Assembly: GCF_018977255.1 (NCBI RefSeq)
Contig: NW_024704742.1
Location: 13,084,001-13,148,000, forward strand
Reading direction: 5' to 3'
DNA from: Callorhinchus milii
Taxonomy: Eukaryota
DNA: 64,000 nucleotides
Below are positions 63,804 to 64,000 of this stretch, in pieces. Every line of letters starts with the position of its first letter. Positions within the stretch are counted from its first letter, which is position 1. Both the position numbers and the translations under genes were made by a program. The notes under the pieces were generated by a model. The model did not search any database. It saw only the letters and a list, made by a program, of their open reading frames with translations, and was not told the DNA's origin.

Positions 63804-64000
63804 CACATCCACATAAATTGTAACAGATGGAACTTGTAAATTAATATCATAAGCAAAGAAAGGGTTGGTTATTGGAAATAGGTAATAACATTCCAGATAA
63901 TATAATATATATATAAAACTTTTTTTAAAAATTACTCCCTTACAATTTTTCCCAGTTTATTTGCACATTTCGTTAAAGAAAAGCTCCTTACAAAGTTATG

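Overview
Repeat-dense vertebrate genomic DNA, almost certainly a cartilaginous fish and probably a holocephalan (inferred from the SacSINE1-like Deu-domain SINE, shark-type CR1/L2/Penelope families and a very abundant tRNA-headed SINE with an (ATT)n tail). I could not recognise any cellular protein-coding gene. Nearly all long ORFs in the track are LINE reverse-transcriptase fragments or their antisense shadows, so the window reads as intergenic or deep-intronic. It contains many L2 fragments, two large and several small CR1 fragments, one degenerate Penelope-like element (RT + GIY-YIG), two Penelope-type terminal repeats with hammerhead-ribozyme-like cores, more than 25 SINE copies from two generations, several hairpins and some enhancer-like unique islands. 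The most unusual object is a TSD-flanked ~2.9 kb L2 copy (51779-54712). It keeps a promoter-like 5' UTR and has a 14-codon upstream ORF joined by a TAATG stop-start overlap to an RT reading frame in which a Pro-rich leader takes the place of the APE endonuclease. Coordinates of old, degraded repeats are approximate.
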